From assembly GCF_006345805.1 (NCBI RefSeq), contig NC_043002.1, positions 73,098,001 through 73,162,000 on the forward strand: a stretch of 64,000 nucleotides of DNA, read 5' to 3'. Position numbers and translations under genes: made by a program. Shown here in pieces: positions 52,258-63,945 of this stretch. The stretch is from Octopus sinensis (Eukaryota). Below the pieces are notes generated by a model, which saw only the letters and a program-made list of their open reading frames with translations, ran no database searches and was not told where the DNA came from. Within the stretch, counting starts at the first letter, position 1. Each line of letters opens with the position of its first letter.

Positions 52258-53135
52258 CCTCACAGTCACTTCAAATGTTAGACCTCACAATCTCTAAAGA
52301 TCTCTCCTGCCTGGTAAAAGCACATCTTTCGATGCATCTTTATGTACTTAAAATGCACATTATTACATCAGTTTGTCACCACATTCCTGAAACAGCTGTA
52401 AAGTACTAACATTGATTACCTTCTTTCTTCTCAATTATATATTCACTTTTGTAACAGCCATATATTTATTTTGAAAGATTATTCTTTTATTTGTCTCAGT
52501 CATTTCACTGTGGCTATGCTGGAGCACTGCCTTTAGTCAAACAAATCAACCACAGGACTTATTCTTTGTAAGCCGAGTATTTATTCTATCGGTCTCTTTT
52601 GCCAAACTTAGCATAGCTTGGACTTCATTCCAAAAGCTGGTTCTTCTTTTTAGAACTAGAAAATATTTCAGTCCCCAACAGCTGCTGACAATCTTACAAG
52701 ACTCTAATGAACCCTACAGTAGAGTACTGTGCCTCACACAGACTTCTTGGACTATATCCAGAGAAGGACCACTTGACTGATTGACATTCAATCACTAACA
52801 GACATGCCCCAGCCTCTGACCTCCAAGTGTACAGTCTCTTCTCCCTGCCTTTTCTATTGTTGCTACAATTTCCTCTGTTCTTCAGAGTTGGGCGATCTAA
52901 TACTTCTATCCCTCAGGTATCCTCGTCCTATTTATCTTTCTACCTTTCATTACCATCACTACATCAACACAACCTCGCCCACTCCTTCCTTGATCTGCAT
53001 TAACCTTCTATGCCTTGTCCCTTCTCCTCAGAATATTGACCCTCAGGAACCTTCTCCCTGCTTATGTCTTCCTGAAGGTACTGACCTCCAACCATTTTAA
53101 TAGAACATTAACAGCATCAAGTTCACTGGAATCAG
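52258..53135 (+). mobile_element. CR1/L2-group LINE RT 3' relic, interrupted by a 285-bp insertion
   Basis: Degenerate translation QMLDLTISKDLSC..KAHI | SIAWTSFQKLVLLFRTRKYFSPQQLLTI..PTVEYC...SSPCLFYCCYNFLCSSELGDLIL...LRNLLPAYVF, as in CR1/L2-type RT C-termini; multiple frameshifts. Confidence 0.75.
52324..52608. repeat. 285-bp copy of 53595-53879
   Basis: About 9 substitutions counted by eye over 285 bp; offset 1271 bp. Confidence 0.95.
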
Positions 53136-53754
53136 AGAGCCTGCAAAAGTCATGGAGCTGCCCCTTCCTCCAGTCTCAATATGTAAAAAAAAAATACATT
53201 TCAAAAGTTCATCTTGAAATTATTTAATTTCTTTATATTTATGAAATGTGATTCAGGTTCTTTGGACTTCCTATAGAACACATCAGCAATATAGGCTCCT
53301 TTTAAAACAATGTTATTTAATTATTTCCTTTTATGACAGGACCCTAGAATTTGCTAACAGACTAGTTTTATTAAATGCTAGCACAAGCTCATGCATCTGT
53401 TGATACAGAAAATGTATCAACATCTCTTTTATGGGATGAGTTTTTGTAGCTTCTTCTTGGTTTTTTTCCTTTTAGTTAATATATTCATTAATTATCTTCT
53501 CTCTGAAGAAGAGGTTCCAGAGATGCTACAATTATAGTTTGAATTGACTTATATATCATATTTAGATGTTAATACCAATTTTTATTTTTTTGATATCTTT
53601 CAATGCATCTTTATGTACTTAAAATGCACATCATTACATCAGTTTGTCACCACATTCCTGAAACAGCTGTAAAGTACTAACATTGATTACCTTCTTTCTT
53701 CTCAATTATATATTCACTTTTGTAACAGCCATATATTTATTTTGAAAGATTATT

Positions 53755-53956
53755 CTTTTATTTGTTTCAGTCATTTCACTGTGGCTATGCTGGAGCACTG
53801 CCTTTAGTCAAACAAATTGACCATAGGACTTACTTTTTGTAAGCCGAGTATTTATTCTATTGGTCTCTTTTGCCAAACTGCTAAGTTACAGGGACATAAA
53901 TACACCAACATTGGTTGTCAAGCAATGGTGAGGGGACAAACACAGACACACAAATA

Positions 53957-53987
<31 letters not shown>

Positions 53988-54164
53988 CATGTATATATAC
54001 GACAGGCTTCTTTCAGTTTCCGTCTACCAAATCCACTCACAAGATTTCAGTTGGCTTGGGGCTATAGTAGAAGACACTTGCTCAAGGTGCCCTGCAGTGG
54101 GACTGAACCCAGAACCATGTGGTTGGTAAGCAAGCTACTTACCACACAGCCACTCCTGCACCTA
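53755..54164 (-). mobile_element. SINE family A, full length
   Basis: Consensus match. Confidence 0.92.
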
Positions 54165-54305
54165 TATCATATATTTATATTTGTGTAACTTATTTGTAAA
54201 TGTTCTAATACCATAAACAACCGCTTTCCATCTTTTGTCTTATTTTCATCAGCTCAACCTGTGCAATGCTTATAGCCAACTCTGGCTCCATTGGACGTCT
54301 ACTCT

Positions 54306-55134
54306 CATGATAACATCATCATCATCATCATCATTTAACGTCCGTTTTCCATGTTGGCATGGTTTGGATTGTTCGATTGGGGTCTGGCAGTGTTTCTACA
54401 GCTGGATGCCCTTCCTAATTGATCTGGCAGTGTTTGTACAGATGGATGCCCTTCCTAACGCTAACCACTCCGAGTGTGTAGTGGGTGCTTTTTATGTGCC
54501 ACTGGCACAGGGGCCAGAGGAGCTGGAATTGACAATGATTGGATGGTGCTTTTTATGTCCCACTGGTACAGAAGCCAGTCAAAGCGGCACTGGCATCGGC
54601 CATGTTTGGATGGTGCTTTTTACATGCTACCAGCACAGGGCTCACAACTACAATTTCCATTTGATTTGATTTTGATATTGCTGATGTTGATGTACTTGAC
54701 TCAATAGGTCTCTTCAAGCAAAGCATGTCTCCCTACAATCCAAGATACTTTTGAGTGGGCCGGTTATGTGAGGCTGAAGTAGGTTACAGCTGTGGACTTA
54801 CTTTATTTGCAGGGTCTTCTCAGTCACAGCATACCTCCAGAGGTCTCAGTCTTTTATCATTGCCTCTGTGAGGCCCAACATTCAAAGGTCATGCTTCACC
54901 ACTTCCTCCCATGTCTTCCTGGGTCTCCCTCTACTCTGGACTCCTTCCACTGTTTGAGAGTGGCACTTCTTCACACAGCTCTCCTCGTCCATCTGCAGTA
55001 CATGACCATACCAATGCAAATGTCTCTCTTGCATGCCACATCCAATGCTTCTTATGTCTAACATTTCCCTCGGGGTCCTTACAGTCTGTTGTGTGCGCAC
55101 ACTGACATTACACATCCAGCAGATCATGCTAACC
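54306..55134 (-). mobile_element. RTE LINE, 5'-truncated (RT C-terminus plus 3' UTR plus (TGA)n tail)
   Basis: - strand encodes ...ERHLHWYGHVLQMDEESCVKKCHSQTVEGVQSRGRPRKTWEEVVKHDL; defines the UTR fragments seen elsewhere (e.g. 32990, 40020, 41085, 49750, 59870, 60855, 63945). Confidence 0.9.
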
Positions 55135-56235
55135 ATGCTGGATTTTAAGAACTTGAGTTAGTTTGAGCACTAATCTAGTTCTTATCTATTCTATGCTTCT
55201 TTGACATAGTCTCCCTCATTGCATATTCACTCATTATATACAAAGGCCATCATAAAAATAGCTATTTGTTGGGTTTTGCATCAGGATATTTTTGGACTCA
55301 CTCTCTTGCCATATTGAATATGTTTTGTTTCACTTAATTTTGAAAATAACAAAAAATTTAGTAAAATTACTTTGTTATTATGAAACCGCTGTTTGGGACA
55401 TTAATTAACATGAAATTTTAATGGAAGGTTTTTAATTTAGATCTCTTTAAGCCAGGAAGTTTGTATCAGAACCAGGGATGGATTCAAGAGGGTTGGTATC
55501 AAAAGCATTAAACATCTTGAAAAAGAACTGCATTTTTTTGACAAAAAAGTCTTCCTTTTAAACTATTAACAACATGTGTAAGGAAGTATGTTATCCTCAA
55601 AACAAGTCAGCAACCTGATTTTGATTCCAGGTTGTAATTATTTAACTTCTGCTATGTCATGATGAATGCTTTTAAAGAAGGCTTGGCTCTCACAACTTCC
55701 TATCCTAATTCCATAGTAAATTTGAGACCTTTAACTTCTGCAAGAAAATCATAAATAGAAAGTTAATTATATCAGAAGGTTCTTAACTCTTCTGATACCA
55801 TACTATCTAAGACTATCTCTGATGTCTTATGAACTGCCTCGAATTACCCACATCAAAAAAAAAAAAATGTTTTTTCTATATCTAAATTAAAATTTCAACT
55901 GAAATCTAATTAAAAGAATGATAGCATAATATATTGATAAATAAATCTTCCACCATGATAGAATTTTTATTGATGTTGTGTTCCAAATGCCAGACATACC
56001 TTTTTGATATTAATCCATCTCAGACTGTTCCTAGTTCTATGATACTTTCTATTTAACAGCGATCTGAATTAAAACTTTCCATCAAACTTCCGAATTAACT
56101 TATGTTTCAAACTCCAGCTTAGTAATGCCAAAGTTATTTTACTAAATTCTTCATTACTTTCACACTTAATTAAAACGAAAGCATTGTATTTCAACAGCAA
56201 TAGGGTAACAAAAGGATTAATACATGAATAAATAA

Positions 56236-56600
56236 GTGCTGGAGTGGCTGTGTGGTAACAAATTTGTTTCCCAGCCACGTGGTTCCAGATTCAGTCCTGC
56301 TGTGTGGCACCTTGGGCAAGTGTCTTCTACTATAGCCTTGGGCTGACCAAACCCTTGTGAGTGGACTTGGTAGATAGAAACTGAAAGAAGCCCATCATAT
56401 ATGTATGTGTTTGTGTCTCTCTGTGTTTGTCTCTCACCACTGTTTGACAGCTGGTGTTGGTGAGTCTATGTCCCCATGACTTAGCAGTTCAGCAAAGGAA
56501 TCCAATACAATAAATACTGGGGTCAACTCATTCAGCTAACTTTTTGGTGCCCCAGCATGGCCACAGTCTAATGACTGAAACAAGTAAAAGAATAAAAGAA
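56236..56600 (+). mobile_element. SINE family A
   Basis: Consensus match. Confidence 0.88.
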
Positions 56601-57189
56601 AATAAATTAAAAGTTATTCTTATTCCCCCAGATTTTTGGCTAATTTGAAAATTAATTGGCAAACCTCTTTTGTTTAGAAGCATGATTATGAAAAAGTTAA
56701 AGTTAGTTTGAATCTGCGAAAACAAATCGCTTCAAAGAGTATTTTAGCAGGTGAGAGGGGGTCATCAATAGAATGTGATACACCTTTAGTTGAGACTGAT
56801 GTGATCGACTAAATTCCTTGTAGGTAGTGTTTCAACATGGTCACAGAGTAATATAGAATCTATCAGATTTATTGGTAATGGATTATTATCATCAGCAGCA
56901 GCATCACCACCACCACCATCATAATTTTAACATCTAGTTTTCTATGCTCACAAGGGCCTGCCAGATTTTCACTGGGGCAAATTTTCTATGACTTGATTCC
57001 CTTCCTTGCTACTAACCCATATCTGTTTTCAAGCAAGGTATTTTTTTTTCTCTCCATGCTCAAGCATATTTCCATGAAAGACTGGAGATGAACAACACCA
57101 CTTGTATTAAGGTGATGTTCATTTACAACTACCTCCTGATGTCAAGACTAGGAGGCACACAACCAAATAACATTATATATATATATATT

Positions 57190-57476
57190 TATTTATTACA
57201 GTTCTATATTTAAGGGTTGAGGAATTATGTACATTATTTACATTTGACAGATATTTGTCCTCATCTTGTTTGTTGTTAACACACCATTTCAGCTGATATC
57301 CTCTCCAGCCTTCATCAGGTGTCTTGGGGAAATTTTGAACTTGAGTTCTCATTCCTAAGGTATTTTTCAATGATGTTGTTGTTGTTGTCATTATTATTAT
57401 TATTATTCAGGTCACTGCCTGGAATCGAACTCGGAATCTTGGGGTTAGTAGCCCATGCTCTTAACCACTACGCCAT
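57190..57476 (-). mobile_element. tRNA-headed short element with a Penelope-like, hammerhead-containing tail
   Basis: Head 57476-57410: A box TGGCGTAGTGG, B box GAGTTCGATTCC. Then (AAT)n(AAC)n, then AGACAC-CTGATGA-A-GGCTG...CAGCT-GAAA-TGGT-GTGTT (57324-57278) and an AT-rich end. Confidence 0.75.
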
Positions 57477-57477
57477 A

Positions 57478-57965
57478 TAGAGACAACAAAGCCAAGACTG
57501 TGAACTCTAATATTTCCCTCTATTTAACCATCTCACATTGTCTCTGATGAAGGGATATCCCTAATATCCCAGAACTCAGGTTCGAAATTTCCCCAAGACA
57601 CCTGATGAAGGCTGGAGGGTATATCAGCCGAAACGTTGATGAGGACAAATATCCATCAAATGTAAATAATGTAAATAATATATATGAGGAGTATTGGTAT
57701 CCAGAAGACCCAAGGTGGCAGGTAACACTATGCAAGTGCTATGGAAGGGCTGTAGTTAAACTCTCAGTTCGATAATGATACGAATGAAGAGTCTAATATG
57801 GGTCTTGTATGAGTAGGTATGTGTTAAATAAAATGAGACAACAAAGCCAAGGCTGTGAATTCTAATATTTCAGCTCAATTTAGCCATCTTACATCGTCTC
57901 TGATGAAGGGATATCCCTAATATCCCAGAAACAGTTGTAACACTAACTTTTCTTTATAAATGTCC
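57478..57965 (+). mobile_element. Penelope-like terminal repeats with three hammerhead-type cores
   Basis: CTGATGA at 57544, 57602 and 57900; stem II GGGATAT/ATATCCC (two copies) and GGCTG/CAGCC; 57480-57574 repeats at ~57836-57930. Confidence 0.7.
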
Positions 57966-58125
57966 TGAAAATTCCACTCAAGTTTCTTGGTATTGACCCA
58001 GAGCTAAGATAGTATGTCAATAACCAGCTGGAGGAGGTGTCCTACTGGGGCTACAAGTTACAGTATATATTGCCCCAGTGGCAATAAGATAAAGATTATC
58101 ATCATCAATATCATTAAGGCAATAG

Positions 58126-58520
58126 GGCAGTGAACTGGCAGAATCATTAGCACACCGGGTGAAACGCCTAGTGGTATTTCGTCTGCCGTTACGTTCTGAG
58201 TTCAAATTCTGCTGAGGTCAACATTGTCTTTTATCCTTTCAGGGTCAATTAAGTACCAGTTACACACTGGGATCAATGTAATGAACTTAATCCCTTTGTC
58301 TGTCCTTGTTTGTCCCCTGTGGGCAATAAAGAAAGAAATATTATTAAGGCAACCAACTCATTGAATAACATGCTTAGCAGTATTTCTTCCAGTTCATTTT
58401 GTCCTGAGTTCAAATACTGCTGAGGGCAACTTTGCCATTCTTTTGTGGTCAACGAAAGAAGTACCAGTCGAGCTCTGCGGTCAATGTAAACTTCAGGCCT
58501 TGCACCTATAGGCTAATTAT
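58126..58520 (+). mobile_element. Two family B SINEs
   Basis: 58126-58336 full length; 58340-58520 decayed. Confidence 0.85.
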
Positions 58521-59409
58521 TATTAGCTTTGTATTCACATAGATCTTTGTAGACTAAACTAAAAATCTGTACTGAATACCCTAATTTTCTTTACAGGGCA
58601 TTACATAAAAATAACATATGAAAAAAAGTTTGTTCAGTCTTATATTGATTAGCTGTGGGTTGGTTGTAATGGATATATGAGTCTGGATGTGTTTGTATTT
58701 GTGTGTAAATGGGTGGATATGTTTATTCATGCCATTACTATAATTAATATTATAATGGTTATAATATTCTTAGACTAGAAAGACTGGGATTTATTTTTCT
58801 TTTGCATACAATATTTGAGGTCATTATTTGTTAGTTGTTTTCTTAGGCCATCTGAACTCTATTCTGTGTATTTGAAGCTGATTACAACTTAGTCGGTTCA
58901 TTATACATGCATTCTTACTTATTTAAGCACTTAGTTCTTCCCAGAACATAGACTATTGACTTTTCTCCATTGTACTTAACCCTGGGCTGTCTTCCTCCTA
59001 AAGGAAAGCCTTCCTCTACCAGGTCTGGTTGGTTCTGAATTATCATTGATGCTTCTGTTACATGACATTTTTTCTTGGTAAGTTAACACTATGCAAACCC
59101 ATTTTTATATCTGGGAAGGTGGGGGTTGTATTAGTCTGGCCTTTGAGCTGTCCAGCATGGGAAGCCCTACCAAGAATTTGTGCTCTACTGACTTACAAGC
59201 AAAAGTCTCATGGTCACTGGGGTACAGAAGCCATCACACCTCAAGGACTGGACCATATGGTGGATTATATATGTATGCATATGATTATTTTCATTCAATT
59301 ATAGATATGTTATTGGTATCTGAATGACCTTCTCCTAGAGACATGTTTTAACAGTAGTGGCCATCCAGTATGCTCTGGAATTTCTCTTGCAGAATGTATA
59401 AATTTATCT

Positions 59410-59711
59410 ATTTGTTCTGTCTTGAGCCATGCCTGGCTCATAAGGGCCGGTTTCCCGGTTTCCTTGGCATATAGGTTCCCCACCTGGATGGCACACCGGT
59501 CCGTCGCAGGTAAGTTGCAAGATGCAGGAGGAAAGAGTGAGAGAAAGTTGTGGCAAAAGAGTCAGCAGAAGTTTGCCATTACCTTCTGCCGGAGCCATGT
59601 GGAGCTTAGGTGTTTCGCTCATAAACACACACATTGCCCTGTCTAAGATTTGAACCCACAATCCCTTGACCGCGAGCCTGCTGCTCTAACCACTAGGCCA
59701 TGTGCCTCCAC
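59410..59711 (-). mobile_element. SINE family C variant with an 11-bp TSD
   Basis: TAAATTTATCT at 59399-59409 and 59712-59722; reverse complement head GTGGAGGCACATGGCCTAGTGGTTAGAGC. Confidence 0.88.
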
Positions 59712-60812
59712 TAAATTTATCTGAGTGCACAATATTTTTAATGATCCGTGATGGTCTACCTCTCAAGGTCACACAGGCACAGAAGCCATCACATCACAAC
59801 AAGGACTGGACCATATGATGAATTATATACTTATGCATATAGTTATTTCCATTCAGTTATAGTTGCTAGTACCACCTGACTGGCCCTCATGCCAGTGGCA
59901 CGTAAAAGCACCCACTACACTCTCGGAGTGGCTGGCATTAGGAAGGGCATCCAGCTGTAGAAACTCCACCAGATCAGATTCAAGCCTGGTGCAGCCATCT
60001 GGTTCGCCAGTCCTCAGTCAAATCGTCCAACCCATGCTAGTATGGAAAGCGGATTTAAACGATGATGATGATGATGATGACATACACACTCACAACATAC
60101 ATAAATACATACATACATTCGTACATACATACATAATTTGATATCGTGAGATTCCAGGATCAATTTTACAGCATAGCATCTTATACAAGTGTCCTTGACT
60201 GCAACCACGGCAATGTGTGTGTATATGAGCGAAACACCTAAGCTCCATGTGGCTCCAGCGAAGCCTTGAAGTGAAATTAGAAAATCAAGAAGACCAAAAC
60301 TATGGAAGTTCATTGGTGATATTGTACTCATAATTCAAATATTCAACCTTGTTGCACTCCAGGATTGCTACAATCCTCTGCCTGACGATCATATTAAGAG
60401 TATATTATATCTGTGGGATACTCAGCCACTTAATGCTCATTCAATGAGCAGATAGTCCAGTTGTGTATACTGGTGTGTCAAAGTGACCCTTATATATGAA
60501 ATAGGCAACTTTGAATGAAATGTATATGGGGAGCAGAAGTTGATACAAGTAATGGAAAAACCCTTGAAGGTGGGGTCCCCGGTATTGTTAAAGTCATTAA
60601 GTCATCTGTTACTTGTTTTAGTCATCAGATGACTAAAATAATATATACATTTACATATATATATAAATTGCTTTTGATGGTGGTATGCAAAGTAGACAAA
60701 GCTATAAATAACAGCATGTAAATATTGGTTTCATAACATTTTGGATGGAAAAAGTCAAAGCCTTTGGCTTTCCACTATATATATATATATGTGTGTGTGT
60801 GGTGCATGTGTG

Positions 60813-60850
<38 letters not shown>

Positions 60851-61166
60851 TCATCAACAGCATCATCATTTAATGTCTGTTTTTCATGCTGGCATGGGTT
60901 AGAGGGTTTGACTGGAACTGATAAGCTGGAGAGTTGCACCAGGTTCCAATTTGATTTGGCACAGTTTCTATGGCTGGATGCCCTTCTTAATGCCAACCAT
61001 TCCAAGTGTGTAATGGGTCCTTTTTATGTGCCACCAGCATGCGTGCCATGCACATGACACTGGCAATGGTTTCACTTAGCTTGATGCATCTTCTCAAGCA
61101 CAGCATATCACCAAGGTCTTGGTCACTTGTCATAGGCTCCACGAGACCCAACATTCAAAGATCATG

Positions 61167-61199
<33 letters not shown>

Positions 61200-61435
61200 T
61201 GAGTCATTCCATAAATAATGCAGTTTTTTATACTTCTTTTATTATTAAAAATTGAGATAAAGTTTTTTTTTTAATCTAAAATATACTCTCCTTCATTTTC
61301 TACAATGTTCTTCCATCTATCTGGTAGACTTACAAGGCCCCTTATCCAAAATGCACTTGTCCATGATGAAAAATACTTCTCCAGCACTGTTCTGACTTTG
61401 TCAACAGAATTCATGTTTTTTCTGTCCACAACGAT
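61200..61435 (-). mobile_element. Mariner transposase C-terminal relic with 3' TIR
   Basis: - strand KNMNSVDKVRTVLEKYFSSWTSAFWIRGLVSLPDRWKNIVENEGEYILD*, matching the mariner C-terminal ...GI..LPERW..VI...GEY motif. Confidence 0.8.
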
Positions 61436-62043
61436 TTTGTTTCAGAATAATATATATAAAGACACACACTAACTCACCAAGAGCTTTTTCCTCAACTATA
61501 TAAATAAATAAATAACAGATGGGGTGTGATTTGAAACGAATGTAACTTAATATCAACAATATAAATAAGCCAAAGAATAAAGAATAAAAGTTTCCATAAA
61601 GGGTTAGCCATGTTTCTATTATTATTTATTTACTTTTTGCTGGTGGATACTTTCATTGTTCTGATAAAAATGGTAACACCATTGAAATATATCATTACCA
61701 TTTTTACACCATAACCACATGTTTCATTCTGTAACCAAATTGTAATGTCTTTTTTTTCTGTTTTTTTTTTTCTGTTTTAAACTTGACAGTATATTCATTG
61801 TTCAGTTGACTGAAATACTTTTGAATAATTTGTAATCTGTTGGGGTATTTTAGAAAAGGATTTTAATTAGAAGTTTTAATTAAATTATGTCATCTTGAAT
61901 TATTAAATTTTCTGTTCAAACCTTTTTGTAATAATAGCTCGTTTAAAATAATGAAGTAATTGTTCAGAATTCTTAATTAAAATAATATATATATGTGTCC
62001 TGCAGTGTTTGTTCATGCATGTTTAGAGGAACAGTTATATTAC

Positions 62044-62106
<63 letters not shown>

Positions 62107-62862
62107 GGCAGTGAGCTGGCAGAATCATTAGCATGCTGGGAAAAATACTTAGTGGTATTTCATCTGTCTCTACATTCTGAGTTCAAATTTGACTTTGCCT
62201 TTCATCCTTTCAGGATCAATAAATCAAGTACCGGTGACTCACTGGGGTCGATGTAATCACCTAGTCTCCTCCCCCAAATTTAAGGCCTTGTGCCTTTAAT
62301 AGAAAGGATTATTATTGTTATTATTATTGCTATTATTAAGGTGGCAAGCTAACATAATCGTTAGCACGTTGGAGGAAATGCTTAGCAGTATCTTGCCCAT
62401 CACTATGTTCTGAGTTCAAATTCCACCTAGGTTGACTTTGTTTTTCATCCTTTCAGGATTGATAAATTAAGTACCAGTGAAACACTGTCCCCTCTCCCAA
62501 AATTTCAGGCCTTCTGCCTTTAGTAGAAAGGATTATTCAAGACTGGAGCCTGGTGCAGCCATCTGGTTGTCAGCCCTCAGTAAAAACCGTCCAACGGACG
62601 TTAAATCATCATCATCATCATCATCATCATCACCATCACCATCACCATCCCATCACCATCATCATCATCATCATCATCATCATCATTTTTAGTATCATTA
62701 TTATAAGTAAAGGCTGTGAGCTAGCAGAGTTGTTAACACGCTGGACAAAATGCTTAGTGGTATTTCACCCGTCACTACATTCTGAGTTCAAATTCCGCTG
62801 AGGTTGACTTTGCCCGTCATCCTTTTGGGGTTGATAAATTAAGTATCAGTGAAATTCTGGGG
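62107..62862 (+). mobile_element. Three family B SINEs in (TAT)n/(CAT)n tracts
   Basis: Heads at ~62107, ~62339 and ~62710. Confidence 0.85.
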
Positions 62863-63289
62863 ACGATGTTTTAGGAATTTTTGTTCCTAACAAACAAAGC
62901 TGAAATGTAGAAGGTAGACATTCTCCAAATACAAGAATAAAGAGATGATAAGAATTTCCAAATATGGCTGTAACTCGTTTTAATCTTTACATTGCACGAA
63001 AATAACAGTATTTGTATTGAGAGAGTTAAAAGCAATTTCTGTGCATTTGTATTCATATAATAAGAGGTGATTATGTTTGACCATTACATTACTTGGAATT
63101 GCAGCAGGAAGAAAATGCGTCTAATCACTGGTTGCACCATCCAAAAGCTATAGATTTAATTCTACCACAATGCAACACCACAACGTGCGCCATCCAGTGG
63201 ACAATGGATGAGACAACTGGTTTCAAGGGAGGTAACTGTCTACCTGGCCCCCCACCCCTGCAAGACTCAAAGTCAGAACTAATGAACAG

Positions 63290-63455
63290 TGGACGCAAAG
63301 TTGTTCTATCCAAAAGTCGACGTCCCCTGACATCCACCAGGAGTGAATAATGGTGAAGAAAATCTGCACCCAAAATTGGATGTGGTAAGTGAGCAATACC
63401 AAAAATCCACCAGAATAATACCCTATGGAGTGACAAATTGAGAGTAAGATATTCC
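63290..63455 (-). pseudogene. Ty3/gypsy pol relic: aspartic protease C-terminal half
   Basis: LTLNLSLHRVLFWWIFGIAHLPHPILGADFLHHYSLLVDVRGRRLLD, the typical ILGADFL...LLVD end of gypsy proteases. Confidence 0.8.
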
Positions 63456-63475
63456 GGAGGATTTTCATTATTTTG

Positions 63476-63945
63476 GTCCATGTTGGTTCATGGCCTATCA
63501 GTCGCGGGTTCATGTATATCCTGACCTGCATTGACAGATTCTCCAGATGGCCTGAAGCCATTCTTCTAGCGGAATTTCTGCAGTCATTGTAGTCAGAGTA
63601 CTCATTTCAGGTTGGAGCTCTCATTTTGGAATTACTCTCCAGGATCATGACTGATCACAGTTGCCAGTTTGAAGCTAGCCTATTCCATGAACTGTCACAA
63701 TTATGCGGAATACAGCATATTTACACCACAAGCTACCACCCCATTGTGAACAGAATAGTAGAACATTTTCATAGGCAGCTAAAAGCCGCAATTTGTGCTG
63801 TTCCTGAACCCCACAGTTGGTTGGAATTCCTTCCCGTTGTTCTACTGGACTACCGTTCAGCCATCAAGGCAGATTTGGGATACTCTTCTGCCGAACTTTT
63901 GCATGGCACCACTTTGGCATTACCTGGCCAAATGTTAGCACCCAT
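63476..63945 (+). pseudogene. Ty3/gypsy integrase core relic
   Basis: VHVGSWPISRGFMYILTCIDRFSRWPEAI...RIMTDHSCQFE...TTSYHPIVNRIVEHFHRQLKAAI...WLEFLPVVLLDYRSAIKADLGYSSAELLHGTTLALPGQ; frameshifted, and the first catalytic D is apparently missing. Confidence 0.9.

Noticed and set aside
55655-55800. ATGATGA ... CTGA as a C/D-box snoRNA
   Set aside because: No terminal stem, no D'/C' boxes and no antisense element that I could recognise.
57410-57476. Possible tRNA gene (anticodon-like ACT), and similar heads at 45090, 44121 and 47909
   Set aside because: They have A and B boxes but no proper acceptor stem, and they continue into multicopy repeat bodies; these are SINE heads.
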